Assembly (NCBI GenBank): GCA_965112735.1
Contig: OZ218951.1
Coordinates: 2,914,001 to 2,978,000 of the forward strand
Source of the DNA: Phaeosaccion multiseriatum
Taxonomy: Eukaryota; Protista; Ochrophyta, other classes
Reading direction: 5' to 3'
DNA: 64,000 nucleotides
Part shown: in pieces, positions 52,681 to 63,293 of the stretch
Layout of the letters: every line of letters starts with the position of its first letter
Numbering within the stretch: the first letter of the stretch is position 1
The notes under the pieces: generated by a model
The model's database searches: none
Seen by the model: only the letters and a program-made list of their open reading frames with translations
What the model was told of the DNA's origin: nothing
Made by a program: the position numbers and the translations under genes

Positions 52681-55497
52681 GGAGGAGGAGGAGGAGGAGG
52701 AGGAGGAGGAGCAAGAGGAGGAGGAGGAGGAGGAGGAGAGGGGAGAAAGGACGCGTCGAAAGAGAGCGCGAAGAGAGGAGGCCTGGAACCTCCTCAAGTC
52801 GAACGAGCAAGCCCAGGCTTTCGCCCCTCCTCGGAGGGAGATGACTCCGACCGACCTTGTTCCCTTTCCCCGTTCTCCCCCTGTGGTCTCCGCCCCATAC
52901 CTTACTCTTCCGTATCCTATCCTACACAATCCTAAACAGCCCTCCTTCTCTCCTCCTCCTCCTCCTCCTCCTCCTCCTCCTCCTCCTCCTCCTCCAGTTC
53001 CTAGCGAGCGAGGACGGGGACGGCTCCTCGGCGCTCGACGTACACACCCGAGTGCTGAAGGTCTGTAAAGTGCTGTTCCGCAAGCACGCCAACAGATGCA
53101 ACGTCGGAAAGGCCGAGGCCCTCACTGTCATTGACTTACTTAAAAAGGTGCGTCAACGCCATGGAATGGGCGAACGAGGAAACCCATCTGGGAGGAGAAG
53201 CGGGGTGGGAGAGCGAGAGAGAGAGCGAGAGAGAGCGCTTGCATCTCTGTCCTTTAGAGTCGTTGTGGCATGACAGCAGGAGCATCCCCCCCCCCCCCCC
53301 CCCGCGTTTCACACTTCCCTTACTAGCCTCCTCCCCCATCTCCCTCCTCCTCCCCTCCTCCCCTCCTCCTCCTCCTCCTCCTCCTCCTCCTCCTCCTCCT
53401 CCTCCTCCTCCTCCTCCTCCTCCTCCTCCTCCTCCTCCTCCTCCTCCTCCTCCTCCTCCTCCTCCTCCTCCTCCTCCTCCTCCTCCTCCTCCTCCTCCTC
53501 CTCCTCCTCCTCCTCCTCCTCCTCCTTCTCCTCCTTCTCCTCCTCCTCCTCCTCCTCCTCTTCCTCCTCCCCTCCTCCCCTCCTCCCTCTCTCCCCCCTC
53601 AGACACCGTCCACGGAGAGCGTGTGCGAGGCTGCCAACGTGGTGCTGAACATGTGCTTTGATAAGCGCAATGTGGACCTCTTTCTGCAGCTCCAAGTGCA
53701 GGAGGCCCTCCGTCCGCTACTTGAGTCCGAAGAAGCCGCTCGCCAGGTGAGTGCCACTTCGCCACCTTGTTTAGTTTGGATTCCAGTTGGCCCATTTGTG
53801 TCTCAGTCCGTTTCAGAGTTGTGTTTTGAGTTTCACAGTTCGTCTAGTTTCAGTTTCAGTTCCGAGTCTCCCGTCTCACGTTGCCACGTTCCAATGTGAG
53901 TGTGAGTCCTCAGTGTCGATGCCCGGTACCCCCTTCCCCTTGCCACCCACCTTTCCTTCCCCTTGCCTCCCACCCCTCTTTTGCGCACTCTCTTCTGCAT
54001 GGCCTGGGCGGGCCGCTCCCTACCTTACTCTTTGTTGTTGTCCCATCCATTACCATCCATCCATTGCCCCTTCTTCTTCTTCTTCTTCTTCTTCTTCTTC
54101 TTCTTCTTCTTCTTCTTCTTCTTCTTCTTCTTCTTCTTCTTCTTCTTCTTCTTCTTCTTCTTCTTCTTCTTCTTCTTCTTCTTCTTCTTCTTCTTCTTCT
54201 TCTTCTTCTTCTTCTTCTTCTTCTTCTTCTTCTTCTTCTTCTTCTTCTTCTTCTTCTTCTTCTTCTTCTTCTTCTTCTTCTTCTTCTTCTTCTTCTTCTT
54301 CTGTGTTGTCCTGTTGTCTTGTTGTGTGTTGTCCCATCCCATCATAACGCAGGCGAGTAGTCTCGGTGCCCTCCAGAGCCTGTGCTTCGAACACGAGGGG
54401 AGGCAGGCCTTGCGCGACTGCGGCTTTGTGCCTGTCGTGGTTGGGCTCCTCACGAGCCCCAATAATAGGGTGCAGACCAGAGCCCTGGGCACTGTACACA
54501 ACATGAGGTGAGGGAGGGGAGGGAGGGAAGGGGAGGGAGGGAAGGGGAGGGAGGGAGGGAGGAGGGGGAGGGAAGGGCAGGGGAGGGGCCGGTAGGCAGG
54601 GAAGGGAGGGAGAGAGGGAGGGAGGGAAGGAAGAAGGCTGTGGGGGGGGGGGTACCTTCTCCGACCAATCTCTTCGCGTTGTGCGTTTAGCACACCGCGA
54701 GGAAATGTATTTCCACCAACCGCCTTGTCCCTCCCTCCCTACACATATACAGCTCTGACGCGCAAAGCATCAGTATCATCCGCCAGTCCGGGGCGGTACC
54801 TCCTCTGGTGAGCCTCTTGCGCTCCCCCTGTCCTGAGCTGTGCGGCAGTGCGGCAGGCACGATACAGAACCTCTCTAGAGAAGCCGCGTGTAGAGAGGTG
54901 CTGCTGGAGCACGGGGCTGTTGAGCCGCTGTCGGACTTGCTCGTGGGTACAGATGTGGCCTCACAGGTAGGGTGGGTGGGTGGGTAAGGGTATATGTGTG
55001 TATGTGTGTGTGTGTGAGGAGAGCGGGGGATTGAGAGATGGGGGGAGGGAGGGAGCGAGGAAGGGAGGGAGGGAGGGAGGGAGCGAGGAAGGGAGGGAGG
55101 GAGGGCGAGGGAGGGAGGTAGCTGGAGGGAGGGAAGCAGGGAGGGAAGGAGAGGGAAGGGAAACTCTTCAGGAAGTGGCAGCTTACTTTTCACAGCAGGG
55201 CCCTTTTTATCCCTCCGTTGCGTTGCTCAATGCACCCACGACCCATATGCCCGTGCTGTTGTTGCTGCTACTGTCGATGCTGCTCTTTTCTCGCTTGCTG
55301 CTTGTCCTGCTGTTCTTGCTGTTGCCGCCGCCGCCGCTGCTACTGCTGCAAACGTGCGGCAGATCTCCGCTGCGGGGGCTCTCCTTAACCTCGTGGGGCC
55401 CGACGTGGGGGGCGAGGAACAAGCCCTCTTCCACGGGCTCTTGGCAGACGGACTCGTGCTTGGCGCTCTGGACAGCTGCATGGGGGAGAGGGGTTGA
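52074..55497 (+). CDS. Armadillo (ARM) repeat protein
   Basis: Seven phase-compatible exons: MTGADASS..QPNA|VSLRRK..PIFK|FLASEDG..LLKK|TPSTESVCEAANVVLNMCF..ARQ|ASSLGALQSLCF..ALGTVHNM|SSDAQ..GAVPPLVSLL..AAGTIQNLS..GAVEPLSDLL..SQ|ISAAGALLNLVG..MGERG*, stop TGA 55495-55497. Confidence 0.88.
53362..53525 (+). repeat. (CCT)n trinucleotide microsatellite, intronic
   Basis: More than 50 perfect CCT units upstream of the acceptor at ~53602. Confidence 0.95.
54071..54301 (+). repeat. (TTC)n trinucleotide microsatellite, ~77 units, intronic
   Basis: Perfect TTC array ~50 nt upstream of the acceptor ACGCAG (~54352). Confidence 0.97.
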
Positions 55498-55960
55498 TCC
55501 GGTTGGTACTATGGTGGTACAGCAGTTGGTGATACGTGATGCAGCAGTTGGCGATGCAGCAGTTGGTGGTACGGTGAGGAAACTGGAAAGGGAGGGAGCC
55601 ATGATGGAAGCGAGTTTGTTTGACTGCCGCCGCCCTTTCTCCTCTCGGAGTGACAAGACGGGACTTGTTTCCTTCCCGCCCTCCGCCCGGCCTTTCCGCC
55701 TTTGTTGCCCCTTGACCCATGCTGACTCTTTGCTGAGCAGCAGAGGGGGGGGGGGAGGGGTGGATGGACACACGTACGTATGCACCGCTGCTACGTGCGC
55801 AGTTCGGCAGTGTGGCCCTTCTTTGCGGGTATTGGAGCTGTTGGCATACGAAACCACTGGAGGACAAGTGTGTGTGTATGTGTGTGAGTGCGTGCTTGTG
55901 TGCGTGTGTGTGTGCGTCCTCAGATGTCGCGTGGCACGTGCGACATTCCATTTCGATGGC

Positions 55961-56070
55961 GATGACACACCTTTGTCTCTCGCTTCAGCAGAGCCAATGC
56001 ATGGGTCAAATGGCCGATGACACACCTTTGTCTCTCGCTTCAGCAGAGCCAATGCATGGGTCAAATGGCC
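55961..56070 (+). repeat. 55-bp perfect tandem duplication
   Basis: GATGACACACCTTTGTCTCTCGCTTCAGCAGAGCCAATGCATGGGTCAAATGGCC at 55961 and 56016. Confidence 0.95.
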
Positions 56071-57331
56071 GCCCCTCTGTGACTCTACCACATCATACTA
56101 CCCACCCCCAGGCGTGTGTGTTGTGGAGGGAGACGAGCTGGCATGGGTGCCGATTTGGGGCTTCAAAGCTTCGAGCTTCAAGCTTCGAGGTTGCCGTGCT
56201 GGTAGCTGGTAGACGAGTAAGGAAGCCGGCAACAACGCGCCGAGGGGAAGGAGCGAAGGACGATTGCTCAGTGACACGCCTGCTCGTGGGGTAGTAAGGA
56301 GGGTAGTGCAGGACCGGCTTCACTGCGCGCCTTCTCAAGCCCGCTTTTGTAAAGGGGGGAGGGGCGGCAAGGTGGGAGAGAGAAAGTCCAGAGCCGCGAC
56401 GCTGCAACTGCTGTGACTGCTGCTCAAGGCCAGCGCATTTCAGTTTCAGTGTCATTTAGTTGACCTCGATTCGATTTGAGCACATCGACATCGATGCACC
56501 CCTCCTGTGGCCTGCTGGGGGGTCGAGGTGGTGATATCGCTGTCGTCGAATCTGTGAGTGGACCCAGCCTTCTCGACATGGCCGTGGACTGCCAGTAGCT
56601 CGGTTACAGTAGGGACTCCCCGGTGAGACCCAAGACGTGGTCCTTGAGTGATGGTAGTCATGATGATGGCAGTGAATGACAGTGGTGAGGAGCCGACACA
56701 GGAGGAGGAGGAGGAGGAGGAGGAGGAGGAGGATACGTAGCAGGAGAAGCAGGAGGACGGCAGGAATGGTAGTGATGAGGAACAGGAGGAGGAGGGGAAG
56801 ACAGACGAGGTGGGTGGAGTGGGTGGAGGAGAGCGCGAGAGTCACACAAAGTCGTGGCCTGGGCAGTGCGTAGGCGCACCGAGAGGCGAGCCACGCCGAC
56901 GGGAGGAAGGGAGGGAGGGAGCACACCGACCGACTTTTTTTCCATCGAAAGGGTTGCTGTGCGGCTTTTGTAGACAAGTTGAGCAGCAGCCGAGGGTAGG
57001 ACGACGGTGCCCAAGCCAAGGGCTTCCCTCAAGGCGAGGGAGGGGGAACCCTCAAGGGGCGCAGGGGTGCTCTATCTCTCGGTCCTCTCGCAATAGGGGC
57101 AGAGAGCCGTGCGGTTTCCGAGCCGAGTGCTTCGCCGGCCGCTCTGGCTACGCGGAAGGAGGGGGGATGAGTGGGGGGATCGTGCATCTTAAGAAATGAG
57201 GGCCTTCTTCTTGATTTTGGGGGGTGGTGGTCGATACACTGGAGGAGTACATACAAGAAAAGGCGGCAGGCGGGTGCTAACTAAGACCAAAGAAGCCTAT
57301 AGTCGTACACACACACATGATGTGATTCTTG

Positions 57332-59926
57332 TCACGACCACAAGCTGGTAAACCACGCCCAAGCTCGTGCGAACACATCGCCTCCCCACCCTGGCGCTGG
57401 TGTTGGTGTGGGCGGTGGTGCCTTTGACACCGCTGTAGGAGGTATTGATGGAGGCGCAGCTGGTGTATCACCAACTGCTGCTGCTGCTGCTGTTGCTTGC
57501 GAGGGCGGGTCTATGACAGCGGAGGAGGCGATCTGGGCCTCAAGCGGGCGGGAGGGTTTTGCCTTCGTGCTCCTCCTCTTTCGACTGGCTGTTCCCTTTC
57601 TTTTCTTGGTCGTTCTCCCCATGTCGGCTTCTTCCCGTCCTTCCTTCGTCCTCCTGTCTTTGTTCTCCCGCTTAAGCCACGCTTTGAAACTGCTCGCTGA
57701 GAGCTGACTCACAGGGCGGGCGTGCTCGCTAAGCACGGGGCGAATGCCTTGCTTCTTGAGCTGCGCGAGTTTGCCCCTCATGGCCTCGACGCTGCTGCCC
57801 GCCGCCAGTAAGCGAGGAAGGTACATCCCCACTTCCCTAGGTGTGGCACCCTCCATTTCCTCAGACATGAGCTCCAAAAGCGCCTGCAACTTAGCAATTT
57901 TGACCTTTGTCAACACACTCCGCTGGCGCGCGGTGCAGAATATCTGGAGAGTCTCCGCCTCCGTCAGACCGAGCGCACGCTCAAACCAACCCATCTTCTC
58001 CTTCATCAACCCCTCCTCGCCCACCGTATCAGACAGCCACTTTTCGAACTGCGAGGCCGAGAGGGTGCAGGCAGCCCGGGCGTGCGGCTCCAGTCGCAGT
58101 GGCTGGATGCCCATGGCCCCCAGCCTGGCCAGTCGGGGCTTGACAACGCCCTCCACACTCAGATCAAAGTATCTCCCTCCATAAGCACCAACTTCCAAGC
58201 CAATATCTCGGGGCTTGCAGCCCTGCGCTTCCACGTGCTCCATCAGGACTGCCACCAGTTGTTTAATATCGTCCAGCTTGGTCGATGCCAGCTTCTTTCT
58301 ATTCGATGTGGAGCTGTTGGCTGTCATCTCATCCCAGTCGCTCTCAGACAACCCGAGCTCGCTCAGAAACCAGCTTCTCTTCGTCCTCTCTTCCTTCTGC
58401 CACGGGCTTTCCTTTGCCCTCTCTTTCTTCTTCCTCTTCTTCTTCTTCTGTCGCTTAAGCCACGCCTTGAAACTGCTCTCTGTACCATGAGTCAAGGGGC
58501 GGGCGTGCTTGCTAAGCACGGGACGAATGCCTTGCTTCTTGAGCTGCGAGAGTCTCCCCGCCATGGTGCCCTCCACGCTGTTGCCCGACAGCAAGCGAGG
58601 AAGACGCAGCCCCACTTGCCTCGGTGTGGCGCCCTCCATCTCCTGCAGCAGCAGCTTCGCTATGCTTTGCATCTTGTCTAAACTCACGCTCTGCATCCTC
58701 CGACGGCGGGAAGGGCTCTGCATCAGGCCTTCCCACTCGTGCTCCAGCAGGAAAAGCTCAGTCTGGAACCAGTCCTTCTTGGCCTGGAGCCGCGTGTCCG
58801 ATGCTTGTAGCCGCGTTCTCGTCAGAACGGCAGCGGCATTGTGCGCCACAAACAAGTCCGTCCAATCCACGCCCCATACGGGCCGAGCAGCCCCTTCCTC
58901 CTTCTCCTCCTCCTCCTGTTGCTGCTGCTGCTGCTGTTGCTGCCCCTTGAAAGACCCCAGCCGCTGCTTCACCGTTGCCTCCAGGGCCGGGCCCAGTTCC
59001 GGGCACTCCAAGACTGCCACACCTACACTCATTGGGTCCGCTCCCTCCATTTCCCGCATGAGAAGAAACACCAGAGACTGAAGCTCGGCGAAAGTGGTCA
59101 CCTCAAGCCTCCTCTTGGTATCGTGGTGCTGAAGCAGTCTCGCCCACCGCGCCTGGCTCACACCAAGCTCCTCCACAAACCACCGCCGCTTCTCCTCCCA
59201 GAACTGCTCCTCCTCCGGCGAGGGCTGTTTGGCCAACCATTTGTCAAACTGGTCATCCGTACGCTCGCCAAATACTGCTGAGGCGTGCTTGCCGAACTCC
59301 GGCGTGATGCCTCGGCGCTTTAGTCGCTCCAGTCGACCCTTGCTCTTGTTGAGGGAGGGTCTCAACACCCTCGGGAGCAGGACGCCCACCTTTCTACGCG
59401 TAGCGCCCTCCAGCTCGACCAGCATTGTGCCCACGACGGCACGAGTCTTGTCCAGAGAGGCATCGTAGACCTTGAGCCTCGCCATCGCGTCCCACTCTGC
59501 CTGCGAGAGACCCAACTCGGTCATGACGTAGGCTTTCTTCTCCAGACGCAAAGGCGTATTGCAATCACCAGAAAATATAGGTCGCTGAGTTTCAGCGGCG
59601 GACGAGCTAACCCCCCCATCGGAGTCTCTGCTGCCGCTGCTGCTCCTGCTGCTGCTGCTACTGGCACTACCACCGAAGAGGATGCTACCACCTGAGCTGT
59701 GCCTTACCCTCCTCCTGTCACTGCTGCTGTGCCTGAAGGTCTTCTCACCCCTTCTGCTCGATACGCGGCTGCTGGTGTCACTCCCTCCTTTGTCTCCATT
59801 CAAAGAGCTCTTCTGTGGAGCAGCCGGGGTGAAGCAGCGTCCCCTCCAGAGTAGGAGAAGAGAAAAAAGGGAGAAGAGGCGACGTTGCTGCTGCTGCTGC
59901 TCCTGCCAACCCCTCGCCCTCTTCAT
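57332..59926 (-). CDS. Intronless mTERF-like helical repeat protein, probable plastid-targeted
   Basis: Single ~864-aa ORF. The N-terminus LFSLFSLLLLWRGRC-FTPAAP resembles a signal peptide plus ASAFAP-like Phe, followed by a Ser/Arg-rich transit-like stretch. Five ~110-120 aa units: K..WF..ELGL...W....MEGATPR.VG..LPRLL..S.E..(K/R).RL..LK..GI.P....HA.......F..WL. Confidence 0.75.
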   Translation of the reverse strand: MKRARGWQEQQQQQRRLFSLFSLLLLWRGRCFTPAAPQKSSLNGDKGGSDTSSRVSSRRGEKTFRHSSSDRRRVRHSSGGSILFGGSASSSSSRSSSGSRDSDGGVSSSAAETQRPIFSGDCNTPLRLEKKAYVMTELGLSQAEWDAMARLKVYDASLDKTRAVVGTMLVELEGATRRKVGVLLPRVLRPSLNKSKGRLERLKRRGITPEFGKHASAVFGERTDDQFDKWLAKQPSPEEEQFWEEKRRWFVEELGVSQARWARLLQHHDTKRRLEVTTFAELQSLVFLLMREMEGADPMSVGVAVLECPELGPALEATVKQRLGSFKGQQQQQQQQQEEEEKEEGAARPVWGVDWTDLFVAHNAAAVLTRTRLQASDTRLQAKKDWFQTELFLLEHEWEGLMQSPSRRRRMQSVSLDKMQSIAKLLLQEMEGATPRQVGLRLPRLLSGNSVEGTMAGRLSQLKKQGIRPVLSKHARPLTHGTESSFKAWLKRQKKKKRKKKERAKESPWQKEERTKRSWFLSELGLSESDWDEMTANSSTSNRKKLASTKLDDIKQLVAVLMEHVEAQGCKPRDIGLEVGAYGGRYFDLSVEGVVKPRLARLGAMGIQPLRLEPHARAACTLSASQFEKWLSDTVGEEGLMKEKMGWFERALGLTEAETLQIFCTARQRSVLTKVKIAKLQALLELMSEEMEGATPREVGMYLPRLLAAGSSVEAMRGKLAQLKKQGIRPVLSEHARPVSQLSASSFKAWLKRENKDRRTKEGREEADMGRTTKKRKGTASRKRRSTKAKPSRPLEAQIASSAVIDPPSQATAAAAAVGDTPAAPPSIPPTAVSKAPPPTPTPAPGWGGDVFARAWAWFTSLWS

Positions 59927-60449
59927 CTCCTCCACCTCCCTCAAATCGATAGGGTAGAGAGCACAGGTCCAGCTCAGGTAGTGCTCAGCGCTGGACCGCC
60001 AACACTAACACTGAAGAGGGAAATATGCACAGAGGAGGAGGAGCGAGCGAGCGACCCGGAGGATGCTTCCCCGTTCCTCACAGATGGCCGGAGAGGGTAT
60101 ACCGGAGAGCCACCATACGAGCCGGCCGTCTAGCCGTTGGTGATTTGCACGTACGCCTCCAACTGCCCATATGCCTGTCTTTTTGGTGTACGTAATGGGT
60201 TGGAGGGCCGGAGGCGCTCGGCACAACCCAAGGCCGACAGGGGACACTGCCGGAGTGGGGGAACGCGGAGACGTGGATCAATCACGTGCGGGGGGAAAGA
60301 AGGTTGTGGAAAGCCGTGCTGGAGCCGGAGACTGCCGCCGTCAAGATTCGCAAAGGACAAAGAACGATCGCGGGACCAAAGCCAACAGTGCGAACAACGC
60401 AGGTATGCGTGTGCACAAGCGTCCCCAGCACTAGAAACAGAACACACAC

Positions 60450-60885
60450 AGAAGGAGGAGGAGGTGTAGAGGTTGTCGACCGTGGTCTACAGACGTAGTA
60501 GAGTTTGGATAAGGCCGTCACTTTTGTCTGTCTGGTGTGGGCGTAGTTGTTAGCGTGGAGTAGAAAGGGAGGAACAGCACCAGCAGAAGCAGCAGCAGCA
60601 GTAGCAGCAGCAACAGCAACAGCAGGAGGAGGTTTAGAGGTTAGTTTACCGTGGTATGCATGCGTAGCAGAGTTTGCATAAGGCTCACATTAGTCTGTTT
60701 GATGAGGTGTTTGGGCCCTGGGTGAGCGATCGAAGAGAAAAGTATGAGCAACGGCAGCAGCGGCAGAACAACAGAAGAACAGCAGGGGGCGGGGGAGGGG
60801 GTAGCCGACCATGGTCTTCGTGCGTAGTAGAGTTTGCATAACGCCGTCTCATTCTCATAAGTCTGTTTGGTGAGGCAGTTGGGCT
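60450..60885 (+). repeat. Three degenerate ~160-170 bp tandem units with a conserved core
   Basis: Core (G/T)ACCRTGGT..CGTAGYAGAGTTTG(G/C)ATAA(G/C)GC..GTCTGTYTGRTG at ~60478, ~60647 and ~60807, separated by CAG/GGA-rich spacers. Confidence 0.8.
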
Positions 60886-61135
60886 TTGGGTGAGAGATGG
60901 GAAGAGAAACGGAGGTCCTTTGACTTAACCTGTCTTGTCCCTTTCCTCCTTGTGCCTCCCTATCCTACTCGCAACCCTTCCGGGGCTACTTGTTTGTTTC
61001 CTGCTCTGTTGTCCCGTCTCCCTCCCTCCATCTCTCTCTCCCTCCCGCCCTCCCCCCCTCCCTCTCTCCTCTCCCTCCCTCCCCCCCTCCCTCCTTGTGC
61101 CTCCCTATCACACTCACTCCCTAGGAGCTGCAAAG

Positions 61136-62487
61136 ATGGGCTTGACTCGGCAGTTGCGCCTCTTCCTGACACTGTCCCTTGTGTGCGTGGCTCTCGGCAC
61201 CACCGAGACCCCAGCGCCACAGCCTGAGGACACGGAAGCACCGGCAGCTGTGGTCACACCTGCGCCTGTAGCTGCGGTCACCCCTGCGCCTGTGGCGGTG
61301 GCCACACCGGCCCCTGTAGCTGTTGAGACACCCGCCCCTGTGGCGGAGGTGGAGGAAACCCCCGCCCCTGTGGAAGAGACCCCCGCCCCTGTGGAAGAGA
61401 CTCCCGCCCCCGTGGCGGAGGTGGAGGAAACCCCCGCCCCTGTGGAAGAGACTCCGGCCCCTGTGGAAGAGACTCCGGCCCCTGTAGCTGTTGAGACTCC
61501 CGCCCCTGTGGCGGAGGTGGAGGAAACCCCCGCCCCTGTGGAAGAGACACCCGCCCCTGTGGCGGAGGTGGAAGAGACCCCCGCCCCTGTAGAAGATACC
61601 CCCGCCCCTGTAGAAGATACCCCCGCCCCTGTGGAAGAGACTCCTGCCCCTGTGGAGGAGACTCCTGCCCCTGTGGAAGAGACCCCCGCCCCTGTGGAAG
61701 AGACTCCCGCCCCTGTGGAAGAGACCCCTGCCCCTGTGGCACCGACGCCAGCGCCAGGAGGGGTGGAGGCACCGGGTGACAGAGATGGCGACGGGCTGCT
61801 GAATGTTGCAGGTAACTTGTGACTTGCATTGGTGGCGCCGCCGTTGTTGGTCTGGCCAACGCGCTGCCGTTCTTGTTCGTTCCCCGCAAATGCGACAGTC
61901 CCCCCCCCTCCTTCTCCTCCTCCTCCTCCTCCTCCTCCTCCTCCTCCTCCTCCTCCTCCTCCTCCTCCTTCTCCTCCTCCTCCTCCTCCTCCTCCTTTTC
62001 CTCCTCCTCCTCCTCCTCCTCCTCCTCCTCCTCCTCCTCCTCCATCCTCCTCCTCCTCCTTTACCTGCCCATGGCACTGCTGAACTTGTACCCTGCTACT
62101 CCCACGACGCCTCCTTGCCGCGCTCCTTCTCTCCTACCGCCAGAGATAAACGGAGTAATGATTGTGCGGGATCCGAACGGTGCGTAAGCGGTATATTGAC
62201 TGAAAGGAAGCAACCCATGTCTTCCGTAAGGGTGTGTGGGTGCGTGTGGGAATACGAGGGTGGAAAGAAGTCATTATTCTTTCCTTGCACACGATGCGGT
62301 GCAGGTTGGCCCCTGTGTCCGAAGGCGCTGTCTTTCGTATCGCCTCATTATCGGCTTCAGGCGCGAGACGCGCCCCTTCACTCTCTTCCCACCCTCGACT
62401 TCTCAAGAAGAAGACCCCCTCCCCCCTTGCTCTTACTTATTCGCCTCTCACCCAACAATACTTATCCCCTTCTCCTCTTGCTCCTGC

Positions 62488-62531
<44 letters not shown>

Positions 62532-63293
62532 GGTCGCGCTTGGTGTACTCTGCTTATCTCGCCCTCCCGCTTCTTTCTCCTCTTGGCTCCTGCCTCCCTC
62601 CCCCCCCCCCCCTCCCCCATTCCCCCGTCCCTTCTTTCAGTGTGCACTCAGTTCGTCAACGCGCATTTGCAGGACGGCGTGCAGAACAGTGACGTCATCC
62701 TCGTGCTCACGCCATACCTCGAGCCAGGGGGAAACCTCAGCGATACGCATGGATGCTGGCTCAAGTCAAACTCTAGAAGGTTCTGCTCACCCCTGTGCAA
62801 CAAGCTAGGCGAGGGCAATGATCTTAACACGCTCAACTACGTAACGGAGTGGGCCATTGACCATTGCACAGAGCAGAATCTGCCTTGCAACTACTCGGGC
62901 CCTATCCTGCCAGGGTCATGGGAGGACAATATTTTCCAACCGGAGCAGAACGAGACCAACATTGTCGAGTTTTGGCAACAGTGGCAGGAGGACAATCCGC
63001 CAACCATGACTCCCACACAAGCACCCCTTGCGGAGGGAGACACGTTTGCTCCGACACTGCCACCCTTGGCGGACGGAGAGACGTTTGCGCCGACGGAGAA
63101 TGCGAATTCAACCTCGAGGAATGGAGGCGGTGGAAGGGGAGGAGGCGGTATCGACCTTCAGGTGTTGGCGATCATCGCTGGCATTGTTGCCGTCTTGATT
63201 GCCGTTTGTGTGGTGCGGAAGCGCGCTTCAAACAAAAGGAGCGCCGGCAATGACGCTGCAGATGCTGCTGTCGCACGGGGGGGCGTCGTATAG
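61136..63293 (+). CDS. Mucin-like type I membrane glycoprotein (signal peptide, ETPAPVE repeats, Cys-rich domain, TM helix)
   Basis: Exons 61136-61811 and 62641-63293 (phase 1). Signal MGLTRQLRLFLTLSLVCVALG, ~18 ETPAPV(E/A) repeats, DRDGDG, a six-Cys domain, FAPT repeats, TM VLAIIAGIVAVLIAVCVV and a basic stop-transfer RKR. Probable 5'UTR intron 60403-61124. Confidence 0.85.
61326..61740 (+). repeat. Coding 21/30-bp tandem repeat encoding ETPAPVE / ETPAPVAEVE
   Basis: GAGACCCCCGCCCCTGTGGAA-type units repeated in frame. Confidence 0.92.

Noticed and set aside
19138-55497. Functional proteostasis gene cluster (UBR1, FKBP12, IBTK-like, TLDc, ARM)
   Set aside because: These are common eukaryotic housekeeping families; adjacency alone is no evidence of a co-regulated system without synteny or expression data.
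56093-57300. Possible extra gene between the ARM and mTERF-like genes
   Set aside because: Only short ORFs with no recognisable motif, and I could not assemble a consistent exon chain.
60450-60885. Repeat-spacer pattern reminiscent of a CRISPR array (also 47347-47418 and 8343-9623)
   Set aside because: Eukaryotic context, degenerate repeats, low-complexity or absent spacers, and no cas genes.
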